In this document: positions 7,277-16,031 of the stretch, in pieces
Layout of the letters: every line of letters starts with the position of its first letter
How positions within the stretch are numbered: the stretch's first letter is position 1
Sequence record: PQ244016.1
Reading direction: 5' to 3' (one strand)
DNA length: 32,000 bases
From: Mycobacterium phage Blubba
The notes under the pieces: generated by a model
Databases searched by the model: none
What the model was told of the DNA's origin: nothing
What the model saw: the letters and a program-made list of their open reading frames with translations, nothing else
Translations under genes and position numbers: made by a program

Positions 7277-7284
7277 CACCGGCT

Positions 7285-7322
7285 GCCTCCGAGGTAGGTT
7301 CCCTAGCACCTCCCTCGGAGGC
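7285..7322 (+). terminator. Long hairpin downstream of rsr (terminator or RNA element)
   Basis: GCCTCCGAGG (7285-7294) perfectly complementary to CCTCGGAGGC (7313-7322). Confidence 0.5.
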
Positions 7323-7523
7323 TCCGGTCTCTCACGAGCACGTCAAGCGGGTTCTCGGGTCTGATCGCGCCCCCTCTCTCCCGTAAGGCTGCCCACGAGG
7401 GGCGGACACCTTTCGATCTGTACCCCGGGCCCAATGCCCGCCAGTTCGAAGCGATACACCGTCCGCCCGCTTCCACCAAGGCTGACTGGTCCGGTGGCAG
7501 ACCTGCGTGCGAGAGGCCGGAGA

Positions 7524-7570
7524 GGACCTCGTCCTGTGGTTTGTGAGTGAGTGAGCCACAGGCGGGGTCC
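7524..7570 (+). other. Two-tier RNA hairpin in the non-coding interval
   Basis: GGACC (7524-7528)/GGTCC (7566-7570) outer stem; CCTGTGG (7533-7539)/CCACAGG (7556-7562) inner stem. Confidence 0.4.
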
Positions 7571-7582
7571 TTACCACGTTTC

Positions 7583-7603
7583 GGGCCGAGTTGGCCCTAC
7601 ACT
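7583..7603 (+). promoter_or_regulatory. Promoter-like TACACT preceded by an inverted repeat
   Basis: GGGCC-GAGTT-GGCCC (7583-7597) directly abuts TACACT (7598-7603); CA-rich leader and SD-like sequence follow. Confidence 0.35.
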
Positions 7604-7636
7604 CAGCTCACCCACACACCTCCAAGGGACGGTCGC

Positions 7637-7960
7637 ATGAATCAGAAACGCGCCTTCAAGACCGACTACAAGCCCGAGTTCCTTCACCACGTGATAGTCC
7701 GTCGTGGCAACCGCGACATGCTGCTCTCCAAGGGCACGCTGCTCAGCGTCCGGCGCAAGCCCGGTCTCATTGCGGGCAAGTACGCCTTCCTCTACGCCGA
7801 GCACAGCAAGGACGGCACCTTGCTATTGACCGTAGAAGGCCCCGACTCGCGTGTGGTGGCCGATCGGCGCCGCAAGATCATCCGCGAGTCCGACATCAAG
7901 ACTGTGCACGTCTCCACTCGTCCCGGTAACGATTCGAGCCTCGACGCTGTTGCAGGGTAG
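7637..7960 (+). CDS. Hypothetical protein
   Basis: 107 aa (MNQKRAFKTDYKPEFLHHVIV...) after a CA-rich leader; start revised from the supplied 7547. Confidence 0.6.
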   Translation: MNQKRAFKTDYKPEFLHHVIVRRGNRDMLLSKGTLLSVRRKPGLIAGKYAFLYAEHSKDGTLLLTVEGPDSRVVADRRRKIIRESDIKTVHVSTRPGNDSSLDAVAG

Positions 7961-7988
7961 ACACGCACTCACACACTCAAGGAGCATT

Positions 7989-8228
7989 ATGACCACCACA
8001 GTTCACCCAGTCTTGCCCGCGCCGTGGGAATGGCGTCGCACCGGCGATCAGTTCGTCGCCGTCCGGCAGATGGACAACTTCCTCTACGCCCACATCGTGC
8101 CCGAAAGCACCTCTGGCCGGTTCGTCGTGCTGCGGGTCTACGTCGACGGCCCGACTTTCACCACCCTGGTCGGCTCGTACGCCAATATCGAAGACGCGCT
8201 AATGCGTGCTGACGAAATCAGCCTGTAG
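7989..8228 (+). CDS. Hypothetical protein
   Basis: 79 aa (MTTTVHPVLPAPWEWRRTGDQFVAV...) after CACACACTCAAGGAGC. Confidence 0.6.
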   Translation: MTTTVHPVLPAPWEWRRTGDQFVAVRQMDNFLYAHIVPESTSGRFVVLRVYVDGPTFTTLVGSYANIEDALMRADEISL

Positions 8229-8274
8229 TAGGATCAAAGAACACCCACAACACACCCACAGAAGGAACACGTTT

Positions 8275-8760
8275 GTGAAGCTCAACAGGCAGAAGATGCT
8301 GGACCTGATCGAGACCATCGAGGCTGACGCTGAGCGGCGTGCCGAAGAATGGGTCGAGGCCGAGAAGGCCTTCCGGGTCCAGGAGCGCAAGGACTGGGTC
8401 GAGAGCAACAAGGCGACGCTGCGCGCCCTGCGTGACCTGCTCTCTCTCAAGCTCAAGAACGGTGGGGTTGTGGTCCGTGAGGAATTGCAGGCTCTCGGCC
8501 TGAACAGCCGGTGGGGCGATCCGGCGGTTCCGTTTTTCGCGCCGACCACTCTCAAGTTCACTTACAAGGGCAAGGAGTATCCGCCTTCCAAGCCGGTACT
8601 TCGCGTCGACAGTCCCCTGCTGGATCTCAAGGCCGCGTTGCAGACCGTCACCGACGAGGAGGTCTCCACCTCCGCGCTGGCCAGCATGGGCTTCCGCAAC
8701 CTCGAATGGTTCTGGCGCCGGGTCAAGGAGGCGCAGGCCTCGGAGGCGCAGCCACAGTGA
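8275..8760 (+). CDS. Hypothetical protein with a helical, charged N-terminus
   Basis: GTG start after CACACCCACAGAAGGAAC; 161 aa, in frame with supplied ORF 8206-8760. Confidence 0.6.
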   Translation: MKLNRQKMLDLIETIEADAERRAEEWVEAEKAFRVQERKDWVESNKATLRALRDLLSLKLKNGGVVVREELQALGLNSRWGDPAVPFFAPTTLKFTYKGKEYPPSKPVLRVDSPLLDLKAALQTVTDEEVSTSALASMGFRNLEWFWRRVKEAQASEAQPQ

Positions 8761-8806
8761 CGATGTTCCGTGGCGTTGCGCGGGACCGGTGGAAGGGCAT
8801 CGGCTG

Positions 8807-9013
8807 ATGGTCAATGTCGATCCCGCTCTGGCGGATCGCATCACCGCGATTATCGGCAAGCACAGCCTGCTCGACCCCGAAGCTGCCGCAACCCTGGCCC
8901 ACCATGTGGCCCACGATCTGGGGTTGACCTCCGAGGTCCACCAGGTCCAGGGCATGGACTACCTCGGCGGGGTCACCATCAAGCGCTGGGTGACCGGGTG
9001 GTTCAAGGGATGA
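8807..9013 (+). CDS. Hypothetical protein
   Basis: MVNVDPALADRITAIIGKHSLLDPEAAATLAHHVAHDLGL... Confidence 0.5.
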   Translation: MVNVDPALADRITAIIGKHSLLDPEAAATLAHHVAHDLGLTSEVHQVQGMDYLGGVTIKRWVTGWFKG

Positions 9014-9141
9014 GTCGCTACTCCGAACGTCACCAGCACACCGCCACCTGTGCTCACAACGGGTGTGAGGATCCGGCCAGCAAGCTGGAGATCCGCAACG
9101 GGGTGCTGAACTGGTTCTGCGAGAGGCATGTCCAGCAATGA
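9010..9141 (+). CDS. Small Cys/His protein
   Basis: 43 aa MSRYSERHQHTATCAHNGCEDPASKLEIRNGVLNWFCERHVQQ; ATGA overlap with the upstream gene. Confidence 0.45.
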   Translation: MSRYSERHQHTATCAHNGCEDPASKLEIRNGVLNWFCERHVQQ

Positions 9142-9192
9142 TCGATCCCACCGAGGAGGTCGACGACTGGGCTCGGGACGAGTGGTGGGTCG

Positions 9193-9921
9193 ATGACTGA
9201 CCGCATCGGCATCGGCGTAACCACGCACAACCGGGTCGGCATGCTGCACCAGTGCGTCTATAACATCGAGTGTCACAGTCCTGACGACCGGGTGCTCGTG
9301 GTCGTCGACGACGCCAGCGATCCGGCGCCGTACCACCCGTTCAAGGCTCCGGGGCGGACTTACCGGTTCGAGCAGAACGTCGGCGTCGCTCGGGCCAAGA
9401 ACAAGTGCATCGAGCTGCTCATGGCCTCCGAGGTCGACCACGTCTTCCTGTTCGACGACGACACCTGGCCGGTCGAGAAGGACTGGTGGCGCCAGTACAC
9501 CGAGTCCGGCTACGAGCACCTGTCGTGGAACTGGCTGCCGCGCTGGGACGACTGCCGCGACCTCTGGCCGCTCGCCGACGACCACGGCATCACCAGCTGG
9601 AACACCTCCAATGGCTGCCTGCTCTACTACACCCGCAAGGCCCTGGAGACCGCCGGAGGGATGCGTGTGCAGTTCGGCAAGTGGGGCTTCGAGCACCTGG
9701 AGCACAGTCACCGCATTCATCGCTTCGGTCTGACGCCGGAGCCCTTTCTGAGCCTGACCGATCAGCATGGTGTCTACGCCACCGACGAGCATCGTGAGGA
9801 TGAGGCGGGCTCGCTGTCCACCCTCACCGGTGCCGAACGTCGCGAGTGGTACGCCCGTAATCGTGACTTCTATCGGTACTGGGTCGAACAAGAACCGAGG
9901 TTTGTGCCATGGGGCTCCTAG
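9193..9921 (+). CDS. Glycosyltransferase family 2-like
   Basis: IGIGVTTHNRVGMLHQCV..., VVVDDASD, NVGVARAKNKCIELL, FLFDDDTWP. Confidence 0.85.
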   Translation: MTDRIGIGVTTHNRVGMLHQCVYNIECHSPDDRVLVVVDDASDPAPYHPFKAPGRTYRFEQNVGVARAKNKCIELLMASEVDHVFLFDDDTWPVEKDWWRQYTESGYEHLSWNWLPRWDDCRDLWPLADDHGITSWNTSNGCLLYYTRKALETAGGMRVQFGKWGFEHLEHSHRIHRFGLTPEPFLSLTDQHGVYATDEHREDEAGSLSTLTGAERREWYARNRDFYRYWVEQEPRFVPWGS

Positions 9922-10211
9922 TCTTTCTCGTCATCACCGTCGCCTCCTGGGTCCCAGTGGTGACGCTTCCAACCAACAGTGGAACCTGGCTGCTGGCCGG
10001 GCTCGTCGCCGGGGTGCTCACGCTTTTCCTCGGTGCGGGGCTGACCAGCGCGCAGGCGATCAGTGATGGCGGGACCAGTGCGGCCTACTACCTCTGGTGG
10101 GCCCTGGCCATTGGCCTCGACGCCGTAGGCGGAGTGCTGGCGGTCTACTGCCTGGTTTCCTTGATCGCGCGAGGGGCAGGTATCGACATCGACGTGGAGA
10201 TCACCTCATGA
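9909..10211 (+). CDS. Small membrane protein, about three transmembrane segments
   Basis: Hydrophobic stretches in the 100 aa sequence; overlaps both flanking glycosyltransferase genes. Confidence 0.6.
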   Translation: MGLLVFLVITVASWVPVVTLPTNSGTWLLAGLVAGVLTLFLGAGLTSAQAISDGGTSAAYYLWWALAIGLDAVGGVLAVYCLVSLIARGAGIDIDVEITS

Positions 10212-10879
10212 AGATCATCATCGGCACCTACCGGGCCGACAAGGCCATGATCGATTGCTGTCTGAGCTCGATCATCGACCATCTGTCCGACACCGAGCCC
10301 CTGGAGTTCTGGTTCGTCGACGACAGCGCCGACGACGACTTCCGGGGGTGGCTGGAGACCTTCGGCAACGTCGTCGGCCTCGGGCGCGACCGGCAGGGCT
10401 ACACCAAGGCCATGGACCGGGTCTGCAAGCTCATGCGGACGTTCGAGGACGACTACGTGATGTTCTGGGAGGAGGACTTCGTCGCGGTCCGTCGGGTCGC
10501 GCTGGATCTCATCCGTGCCGAGCTGCAGCGCCGTCCTCGGCTGGCCCAGATCGTGCTGCCGCGTCAGCCCTGGTTCCCCAACGAGATCGAGGCCGGGTCC
10601 ATGATGCAGGCCCTGGCTGACCGGAAGAACGACACCTATTCGACTCGCCTGGTGCCGGACGCGCTCGTGCCGATCGCCCTGTACATCCACACCATGACGT
10701 TCAGCTGCAACCCGGCGGTCTGGGCGCCGATGGCCTACCGCTGGCCCTGGCCGCAGTGCGGCGGCAGCGAGGACGAGAAGACTCGCTACCTGCGCGAGGA
10801 CGACAAGGCTCTGTTCGCCTTCTGGGGCGACGAGGTGCTGGTACATCACGACGGAGAGCGGGTTGGCCATGGGTACTAG
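10208..10879 (+). CDS. Glycosyltransferase-like protein
   Basis: MKIIIGTYRADKAMIDCCLSSIIDHLSDTEPLEFWFVDDSADDDFR..., YVMFWEEDF. ATG 10208 in frame with supplied ORF 10097-10879. Confidence 0.7.
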   Translation: MKIIIGTYRADKAMIDCCLSSIIDHLSDTEPLEFWFVDDSADDDFRGWLETFGNVVGLGRDRQGYTKAMDRVCKLMRTFEDDYVMFWEEDFVAVRRVALDLIRAELQRRPRLAQIVLPRQPWFPNEIEAGSMMQALADRKNDTYSTRLVPDALVPIALYIHTMTFSCNPAVWAPMAYRWPWPQCGGSEDEKTRYLREDDKALFAFWGDEVLVHHDGERVGHGY

Positions 10880-11585
10880 ACGGATCGAGGACTTCGGCGC
10901 CGTGGCCATCCCCTATCGTCCTGGGCCGGGCCGTGAGCAGGCCTTCGATCTGGTCCGGCGGTGGTGGAAAACCTGGGGCTACGACGTCTTCGTCGCCGAC
11001 AGCAATCCAGACCTGCCGTTCAGCCTCTCGGAAGCCCGCAACAACGCGGTGCGTCTGGTGGAGCAGTCCGAGCTGGGCCCGGGCGTGGTGGTCGTCTGCG
11101 ACGCCGACACCATCCCGCAGCGCGATGTGATCCGGAAGGCCATCAAGATCGCCTCCGAGCCCGGCCATGTCATCTACCCGTTCACCGACTATCGGTACAT
11201 CAGCAGTCAGTGGGCCGGGCGGGCCGAGGACGTCAGCGACGACACGCTGATCGAGACCGACTTCGGCGCGGTGGCCACCCCGATCTGGAACAAGGAGAAC
11301 AGTGTCGGCGGGGTCATCGTCACCCACAGTCAGACCTACTGGGATCTCGGTGGGATGGACGAGAAATTCGAGCGGTGTTGGGGCTTCGAGGACAACGCGT
11401 TCGTCGCGGTTGCCGACACCCTGGCCAAGGTGATCCGGCTGCCTGGTCAGGTGTACAGCTTCAGTCACGAGGTCGAGGGCGTGGGTCGTGACTGGTCCAA
11501 GCTGAACCCGAACTACTGGCGGAACGAGCTGTACCAGATGTGCTGGGGCAATCCGAAGCTGATGAGAGAGCTGGTGAAGAAGTGA
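10863..11585 (+). CDS. Glycosyltransferase family 2-like / nucleotide-sugar transferase
   Basis: VAIPYRPGPGREQAFDLVRRWW, VVVVCDADTIPQ, GGVIVTHSQTYWDLGGMDEKFERCWGFEDNAF. Confidence 0.8.
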   Translation: MAMGTRRIEDFGAVAIPYRPGPGREQAFDLVRRWWKTWGYDVFVADSNPDLPFSLSEARNNAVRLVEQSELGPGVVVVCDADTIPQRDVIRKAIKIASEPGHVIYPFTDYRYISSQWAGRAEDVSDDTLIETDFGAVATPIWNKENSVGGVIVTHSQTYWDLGGMDEKFERCWGFEDNAFVAVADTLAKVIRLPGQVYSFSHEVEGVGRDWSKLNPNYWRNELYQMCWGNPKLMRELVKK

Positions 11586-11815
11586 TCGACTGGTGGTGGT
11601 CTTATCTGCTCACCGCTGTGGGCGTGACCGGTATCTATCTGACCACACGCAAGCTCTGGTGGGGATTCGCGCTCGGCCTGGTCGCCCAGGTCCTCTGGGC
11701 CGTCTATGCCGTCGTCACCCATCAGTACGGCTTCCTGTTCTCGGTGCTGGCCTATGGCTCGGTGCATGCGCTGGGGTTATGGCGCTGGACCCGGCCCTCG
11801 AAGGAGACTTCTTGA
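11582..11815 (+). CDS. Small membrane protein
   Basis: GTG 11582 overlapping the previous stop (GTGA); 77 aa with two or three hydrophobic segments. Confidence 0.5.
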   Translation: MIDWWWSYLLTAVGVTGIYLTTRKLWWGFALGLVAQVLWAVYAVVTHQYGFLFSVLAYGSVHALGLWRWTRPSKETS

Positions 11816-12474
11816 TCAACATTGCCGTGGTGGCCTGTCAGGGTCGACAGAAGCGCGCCGAGAATCTCGCGCAGGCCGTGCGGGCCGAGTTCGTCGCCAT
11901 CGACAATGGCTCCCTCGGGCCCGGTAACAATCATGACGTTGCCTGGCGCTGGCTCGACGAGTCCGGCGGCACCTGGTCGGTGGTGCTGGAAGACGACGCG
12001 ATTCCGGTCTCGAACTTCCGCGACCAGCTCGATGCCGTGCTCAAGGTGGCGCCGAGTCCGATCGTCAGCCTGTACCTGGGCCGATCCCGACCGCCGCACT
12101 GGCAGCCGTCCATCATGCAGGTGATTAGCAGCCGAGAGCACTTTCTGCTCGGGTCCACCCTGCTGCACCATGTGGCCGTGGCCATTCGAACCGAGTTGAT
12201 CTTCGACATGCTCGCCCAGCGCGATCGCGAGCTGCCGGTCGACGAGTCGATCGGGACCTGGGCTCGTCTGCGGGAGATCCCGGTGGCCTACACCAATCCC
12301 AGCATCGTCAACCATGAGCACCGGCTGCCCACCACCATCGTGGAGCGCACCAGCGGATACCCCGGGGAGACCGGCAAGCGCGACGGCGCCAAGGAGCCGC
12401 GCAAGGCCTGGGTCTTCGGGTCCCGGCAGTGCTGGGAAGCCTCCGCCCGGCAGATCCCCAACCCGGTGCACTGA
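11812..12474 (+). CDS. Glycosyltransferase-like protein (possibly family 25-like)
   Basis: TTG start after AAGGAG; INIAVVACQGRQKRAENLAQAV, WSVVLEDDAIP, GSTLLHHVA; 220 aa. Confidence 0.6.
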   Translation: MINIAVVACQGRQKRAENLAQAVRAEFVAIDNGSLGPGNNHDVAWRWLDESGGTWSVVLEDDAIPVSNFRDQLDAVLKVAPSPIVSLYLGRSRPPHWQPSIMQVISSREHFLLGSTLLHHVAVAIRTELIFDMLAQRDRELPVDESIGTWARLREIPVAYTNPSIVNHEHRLPTTIVERTSGYPGETGKRDGAKEPRKAWVFGSRQCWEASARQIPNPVH

Positions 12475-12537
12475 CCTGTCCGACACTCCCGGAGCAGCAC
12501 GAATAGATGAGAACTGCTGCCGGTAGAGGAGTGACGG

Positions 12538-15500
12538 GTGCAAACGAGGGCTCTTCGGGTCAACTTTGAGCGGTCGGTCACTGCTGGGAAACCCGACATC
12601 ATGGAGGTTGTGGTCGTTCCGCTGACCGAACCCAACGCTCCCAACAACAACGCGACACTGGTCGGCGGGCCGTGGCCGGAAGAGGTCCTGCTCACCAACG
12701 AAAAGAACACGGTCGTGTTCAACCTGGTGCCCACCGACCATCCAGACCTCACCCAGCGGGTTACCTACCGAATCGCATGGCGCAAGGGCTACATGGGTCG
12801 TCAGACCTCCGCTGACTTTGTCATGCCCGACTTCGACGTCGACTATGACGACCTCAAGGATCTGGGCAACATCATCGGCGGGGAGACCTACGTCCAGTGG
12901 ACCGACCGTGGTCGTGCTGGCGGCGTGGCCGCGCTCAACAGCTCCGGTCAGGTGGTCGACGCCGACGGCAATGTCGTGGGCAGCGATACCGACGGGGCCA
13001 CCAAGGGTGAGCTTGACGCCGAGATCGTCAACCGGCAGCAGGCCGACCAGAGCCTGCGCAACTTCCTGCTGGGATTCGTCCAGGACCAGGTCGCACAGAT
13101 CTACACCACCACGGCCAACCGGCTCATGCAGGAGGTCGGCCAGCTCCAGAACGCCGACACCACCGAGAAGGCGCAGCGCATCGCGGCGGTCGCGCAGACC
13201 AACCACACGCTGACCCTGCTCCAGCAGGCCACCAACGAGCAGATCGCCTATCTTAACGACCTGCTGGACACCTACAACGGCCAGTTCGCCAGCAAGGCCG
13301 ACCTGGTGGGCGGCAAGATCCCCTCCAGCCAACTGCCCGACGTCGCGCTCGGGCGCGCGGTCCCGGTCGAGTCCGAGGCCGCGATGCTCTCGCTGACCGC
13401 CACTCAGGTGCAGCCGGGCGACTTCGCCGTGCGTCCCGACGGGGTGTGGTTCCTCAACGCGCTGCCGCCGAGCAACATCGACAACTGGCTGCAGTTCACC
13501 ATTGCGGCGAGCGTGTTCAGCGTCAACGGTCAGGACGGCGCCGTGGTGCTGTCCGCTGCCGACGTGGGCGCCCGCGACGCCGACACCCCGATCCCGATGT
13601 CCGACATCACCGGGCTCACCTCCTCGCTGTCCGCCAAGGCCGACAGCTCTGCACTCACCTCGCTCGGTGGTCGGGTGACGGCCATCGAGAGCGACGCCTC
13701 CTACGTCAAGAAGGGTCCGGGCGGTCTCATCCTGCGCGCCGACCTGCCTACCGACGTGGTGTTCGTCAACGAGTCGAACCTGATCACCAAGAAGGACGGC
13801 ACCGTCCTCAACGTGGGCTCCGGCGGCGAGCTGGACATCGACGATGTCGGTGGCCTGACCGAGGCCCTGGACGGCAAGCTCGACGCCGACGATCCCTCGG
13901 TGACCAATGCCCGCATCCCTACCGCGCACGCCGCGAGTCATGCGTCCGCCGGTGACGATCCGCTGGCGCCGGAGGACATCGGTGCCGCCCCGGAGGTCCA
14001 CACCCACGACCAGGACGAAATCGACGGTCTGACCGCGCTGCTGGCCAACCGGACCTCGCGCATCGCCAGCCTGGAGGGCCGCGTCGAGGACCTGGAGCTC
14101 GGCGGCGGCAGCGGAGGCCCGGGTGCCGGAGCGTCCGGCAAGACGGTCTGGTGGCACAACACCGAGCCGATCAGCCCGCTGGACACCGCCACCGACGAGA
14201 TCATCCTGCGCAGCCCGTTCGGCTTCGACGGCAGCGTCTACTACTACGACCCGGCGGGCGTGGACCCCGGCGAGGCCGTCTGGCCCTACCTGACCCCCAA
14301 CGGCCACCTCAAGTTCGTCGCGCGCAACGAGAGCGCCCCGGAAGATCCCGCGTACGCCACAGCGCAGTCCGTGAGCGACCTGTCCGACCTCGTCGCCACC
14401 AAGGCCGACAGCGGTGACCTGACCGCGCTCAGCCTGGCGGTCGACGGCAAGGCCTCGACCTCGGCACTGTCTTCGCTGGCCGCGACGGTGGCCACCAAGG
14501 CCGACACCTCGGCGCTCAACGCCACCAACACCGCCGTGAGCGGCAAGGCCGATCAGTCCGCGCTGGACACCCTGAGCGGCATCGTCGGCGGCAAGGCCGA
14601 CGCATCGGCGCTGAGCTCGCTGGCGTCCACCGTCGCCGACAAGGCCGACAAGTCCGACGTCACCGCGCTCACCTCGCGCGTCGGCGCCGTGGAGACCGGC
14701 AAGGCCGATCTGGTCAGCGGCACCGTGCCGACCGCCCAGATCCCGTCGCTGGCCATGTCCAAGATCACCGACCTGAACTCCACGCTTGCGGGCAAGGCCG
14801 ACCTGTCCGGCGGCAAGCTGGTCCCCTCGCAGGTGCCCGACATCGCCACCAGCAAGGTCACCGGTCTGGACACGGCGCTGAGCCAGAAGGCCGACCTGAT
14901 CGCGGGCAAGATTCCGACCAGCCAGATCCCCTCGGTGGCCCTGACCACGACATACACCGTGGCCAACCGGGGCGCCATGCTCGCGCTGACCACCGGACAG
15001 GTGCAGCGCGGCGACATCGCGGTCATCACTGCCACCGACGACAAGGGCTCCTACATCCTCAACGCCGACGACCCGAGCGTCTTCGGCAACTGGGTGCCGC
15101 TGGTCGCGCCGGACGACACCGTGCAAACCGTCAACGGCAAGACCGGCACCGTGGTCCTCTCGGCAGCCGACGTCGGTGCCCGGTCCTCGGCGGCGTCGAT
15201 CCCGATGTCCGACATCACCGGCCTGGTCACTGCGCTCAACGGCAAGGTGGACACCAGCACCTACACCACCGGCCTGGCGGGCAAGGCCAGCCCGGCAGAC
15301 GTGCAGAACCTGCTCTCGGAGTCCACGGTCTTCAAGCAGCGTGCCGACCTGGTGGCCACCTCGGCGGTCGCGTCCACCTCGGGCCAGCAGTCCATCGACG
15401 GCGTGCTCACCCCGGTCGGCTCGATCGTCCTGCTGACCGCTCAGTCGTCCTCGGTGGCCAACGGCCTGTGGCAGGTCGCCTCGGGCTCGTGGTCGCGCGT

Positions 15501-15993
15501 GACCGACATGGCAGCGGGCAGCTACTTCCTCAAGGGCACCGCCGTCGTGGTGACCAGCGGCGCCAACAACGCCAACAGCATCTGGCAGCAGACCAACAAC
15601 TCCGGTGTGGTGGGCACCAACGCCAATAACTGGTCGAAGATCCTCACCGCCGGTGCGGTGCCCAACTTCACCGCCAGCCTGGGCGTGAGCCGTGTGGGTA
15701 ACGACTTCCGCGCCGCTGTGGTCTCCGGTGGCGGTGTGCAGGTGGTCTCCGGCGGTCTGCAGCTCGACCCCAACGTGGCCGCGCGCAAGTACGCTGCCGA
15801 CGTGCCCGCCGGATCGACGGTCGCGACCATCACCCACGGCCTCAACACCCTCGACGTGCATGCCAGCTTCCGTGACAAGGCCTCGGGTGACGCGGTCCTG
15901 GTGGGCTGGCGCCCGACCGGCGTCAACACTATCTCGGTGGAGTTCGAGTCCGCTCCGGCCTCGGGTCAGTACAGGGTTACTGTTGTTGGGTAG
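12538..15993 (+). CDS. Large minor tail / tail fibre-like protein with internal repeats
   Basis: 1151 aa (or 1130 aa from ATG 12601). Multiple GKADxSAL repeats and a duplicated VNGxxGxVVLSAADVGAR...IPMSDITGL block. Confidence 0.75.
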   Translation: MQTRALRVNFERSVTAGKPDIMEVVVVPLTEPNAPNNNATLVGGPWPEEVLLTNEKNTVVFNLVPTDHPDLTQRVTYRIAWRKGYMGRQTSADFVMPDFDVDYDDLKDLGNIIGGETYVQWTDRGRAGGVAALNSSGQVVDADGNVVGSDTDGATKGELDAEIVNRQQADQSLRNFLLGFVQDQVAQIYTTTANRLMQEVGQLQNADTTEKAQRIAAVAQTNHTLTLLQQATNEQIAYLNDLLDTYNGQFASKADLVGGKIPSSQLPDVALGRAVPVESEAAMLSLTATQVQPGDFAVRPDGVWFLNALPPSNIDNWLQFTIAASVFSVNGQDGAVVLSAADVGARDADTPIPMSDITGLTSSLSAKADSSALTSLGGRVTAIESDASYVKKGPGGLILRADLPTDVVFVNESNLITKKDGTVLNVGSGGELDIDDVGGLTEALDGKLDADDPSVTNARIPTAHAASHASAGDDPLAPEDIGAAPEVHTHDQDEIDGLTALLANRTSRIASLEGRVEDLELGGGSGGPGAGASGKTVWWHNTEPISPLDTATDEIILRSPFGFDGSVYYYDPAGVDPGEAVWPYLTPNGHLKFVARNESAPEDPAYATAQSVSDLSDLVATKADSGDLTALSLAVDGKASTSALSSLAATVATKADTSALNATNTAVSGKADQSALDTLSGIVGGKADASALSSLASTVADKADKSDVTALTSRVGAVETGKADLVSGTVPTAQIPSLAMSKITDLNSTLAGKADLSGGKLVPSQVPDIATSKVTGLDTALSQKADLIAGKIPTSQIPSVALTTTYTVANRGAMLALTTGQVQRGDIAVITATDDKGSYILNADDPSVFGNWVPLVAPDDTVQTVNGKTGTVVLSAADVGARSSAASIPMSDITGLVTALNGKVDTSTYTTGLAGKASPADVQNLLSESTVFKQRADLVATSAVASTSGQQSIDGVLTPVGSIVLLTAQSSSVANGLWQVASGSWSRVTDMAAGSYFLKGTAVVVTSGANNANSIWQQTNNSGVVGTNANNWSKILTAGAVPNFTASLGVSRVGNDFRAAVVSGGGVQVVSGGLQLDPNVAARKYAADVPAGSTVATITHGLNTLDVHASFRDKASGDAVLVGWRPTGVNTISVEFESAPASGQYRVTVVG
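13522..13620 (+). repeat. Copy A of a duplicated tail-protein module
   Basis: Encodes VNGQDGAVVLSAADVGARDADTPIPMSDITGLT; near-identical copy at about 15130-15231. Confidence 0.7.
15130..15231 (+). repeat. Copy B of a duplicated tail-protein module
   Basis: Encodes VNGKTGTVVLSAADVGARSSAASIPMSDITGLV. Confidence 0.7.
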
Positions 15994-16031
15994 CGCGTGG
16001 TGTTGGGATAACAGGAAAGGATGCCAGGCTG

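Noticed and set aside
5432-7309. 625-aa minus-strand ORF antisense to rsr
   Set aside because: GC-rich codon-position shadow of a clearly conserved plus-strand gene; no matching family and no neighbouring minus-strand genes.
13640-15300. Repeats in the tail gene considered as a CRISPR array or tandem non-coding repeats
   Set aside because: They are in frame, protein-level GKAD-type repeats of irregular spacing without identical repeats or spacers.
11752-15861. 1369-aa minus-strand ORF
   Set aside because: Antisense to the repeat-rich tail gene; low-complexity G/V/D/H/R composition typical of a shadow ORF.
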